From positions 1 to 64,000 of the forward strand of contig CAVPRW010000027.1 of NCBI GenBank assembly GCA_963707985.1: a stretch of DNA of 64,000 bases, written 5' to 3'. The translations under genes were made by a program, and so were the position numbers. Numbering within the stretch: position 1 is the stretch's first letter; each line of letters begins with the position of its first letter. Shown in pieces: positions 63,407 through 64,000 of this stretch. The notes under the pieces were generated by a model. The model was not told the origin of the DNA, ran no database searches, and saw only the letters and a program-made list of their open reading frames with translations. The stretch is from an uncultured Nitrospinota bacterium. GTDB lineage: Bacteria > Tectomicrobia > Entotheonellia > J063 > CAVPRW01.

Positions 63407-63488
63407 GTTTCAAGAGCCACCTCGTGTCAGTCACCACCTTTCTGTAATACATCCCCTAGCGGCCCTGACGGGACCGCGGATTGAAGCT

Positions 63489-63575
63489 TCAAGCCCCTTC
63501 TGCCAGTCTGAAATATCTGACGATCGCTAAAACCACCACTACACCCCCTACGACGGCCAAGAGTTTCCAACTCAT
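63489..63575 (-). CDS. Possible 28-aa single-TM peptide
   Basis: AGGAGG RBS, MSWKLLAVVGGVVVVLAIVRYFRLAEGA. Confidence 0.4.
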   Translation of the reverse strand: MSWKLLAVVGGVVVVLAIVRYFRLAEGA

Positions 63576-63598
63576 ACGTCCTCCTAAACAGAGTACTC

Positions 63599-64000
63599 TG
63601 TTGCGGTCTGATAGAAACGGACCCCACGAAACGAGTGATGCGATAGACCCATGATGTGTCCCATGATGCGAGAGACACGCCAGACGTAGACGGCGGAGTT
63701 CGAGTGTGAGGCGGTCCGTTTGGTCACTGAACACGGCGACAGCGTGGCTGAAGCCGCCCGCCATGTGGGGCTTAATGCCCTGATGCTCCAGTGCTGGAAA
63801 CGGCCACTTGCGGTGCGAGAACAAGGGGCATTTCCTGGGAAAGGGCGCCTGTCACCGGACCAAGAGGACGTACATCGCCCGCGTGAAGACCATAAGCGGC
63901 TACGGATGGAGCGCAACATGTTCAAAAAAGCCCTGGGCTTCGTTGCGAGCGAGTCGACGTGAGAGATGCCTGTATGGCTCATCATCCAGATACATGGCCG
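63599..64000 (+). mobile_element. IS3-family element left end with degenerate orfA (63666-63962), runs off the window
   Basis: TG-starting end tgttgcggtctgatagaaacggac. OrfA remnant *TAEF..EAVRLV...AEAAR...AFPGKG...KRLRMER..KKA with an internal TAG at 63687. Confidence 0.8.

Noticed and set aside
1..64000. rRNA, tRNA, prophage
   Set aside because: No recognisable rRNA or tRNA sequence and no phage structural gene cluster seen by eye. A covariance-model scan was not possible.

Overview
GC-rich bacterial chromosomal window. Gene content is suggestive of Ca. Tectomicrobia/Entotheonella-like bacteria, but that is inference only. Many single-base frameshifts look like unpolished long-read errors. 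(1) 1-10.7 kb is an integron. The intI gene (8545-10678, +) is interrupted by an IS5-family element with a TAA target duplication. attI is at ~7995 and there are five attC sites. The minus-strand cassettes encode a TIR protein, a DUF4160/DUF2442 TA pair, an NDT-like protein, an OLD-type ATPase-TOPRIM nuclease, a hypothetical membrane protein, and probably an ABC substrate-binding protein. A 2035-bp group II intron sits exactly in the GTT|AGGT core of attC2, in cassette-sense orientation. (2) 11-23 kb: MetE-like enzyme, ABC exporter, katE, PRC-CBS protein, acyl-CoA dehydrogenase. (3) 24-42 kb: a MoxR/DUF58 operon split by ~13.8 kb that holds two paralogous wHTH-cyclase-ATPase-TPR regulators, each divergent from secreted-protein genes. 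(4) 42-59 kb: transport, metabolic and signalling genes. (5) 59-63.4 kb: a TIR-TM-beta-sandwich gene coupled to a secreted protein with twelve 150-bp TPR-like repeats (a split Toll-like-receptor-like layout), followed by an IS3 end. The most striking signals are the apparently near-exclusive A:T->C:G substitution pattern in three unrelated mobile elements, the attC-core-targeting intron, and the TIR/secreted-TPR pair.
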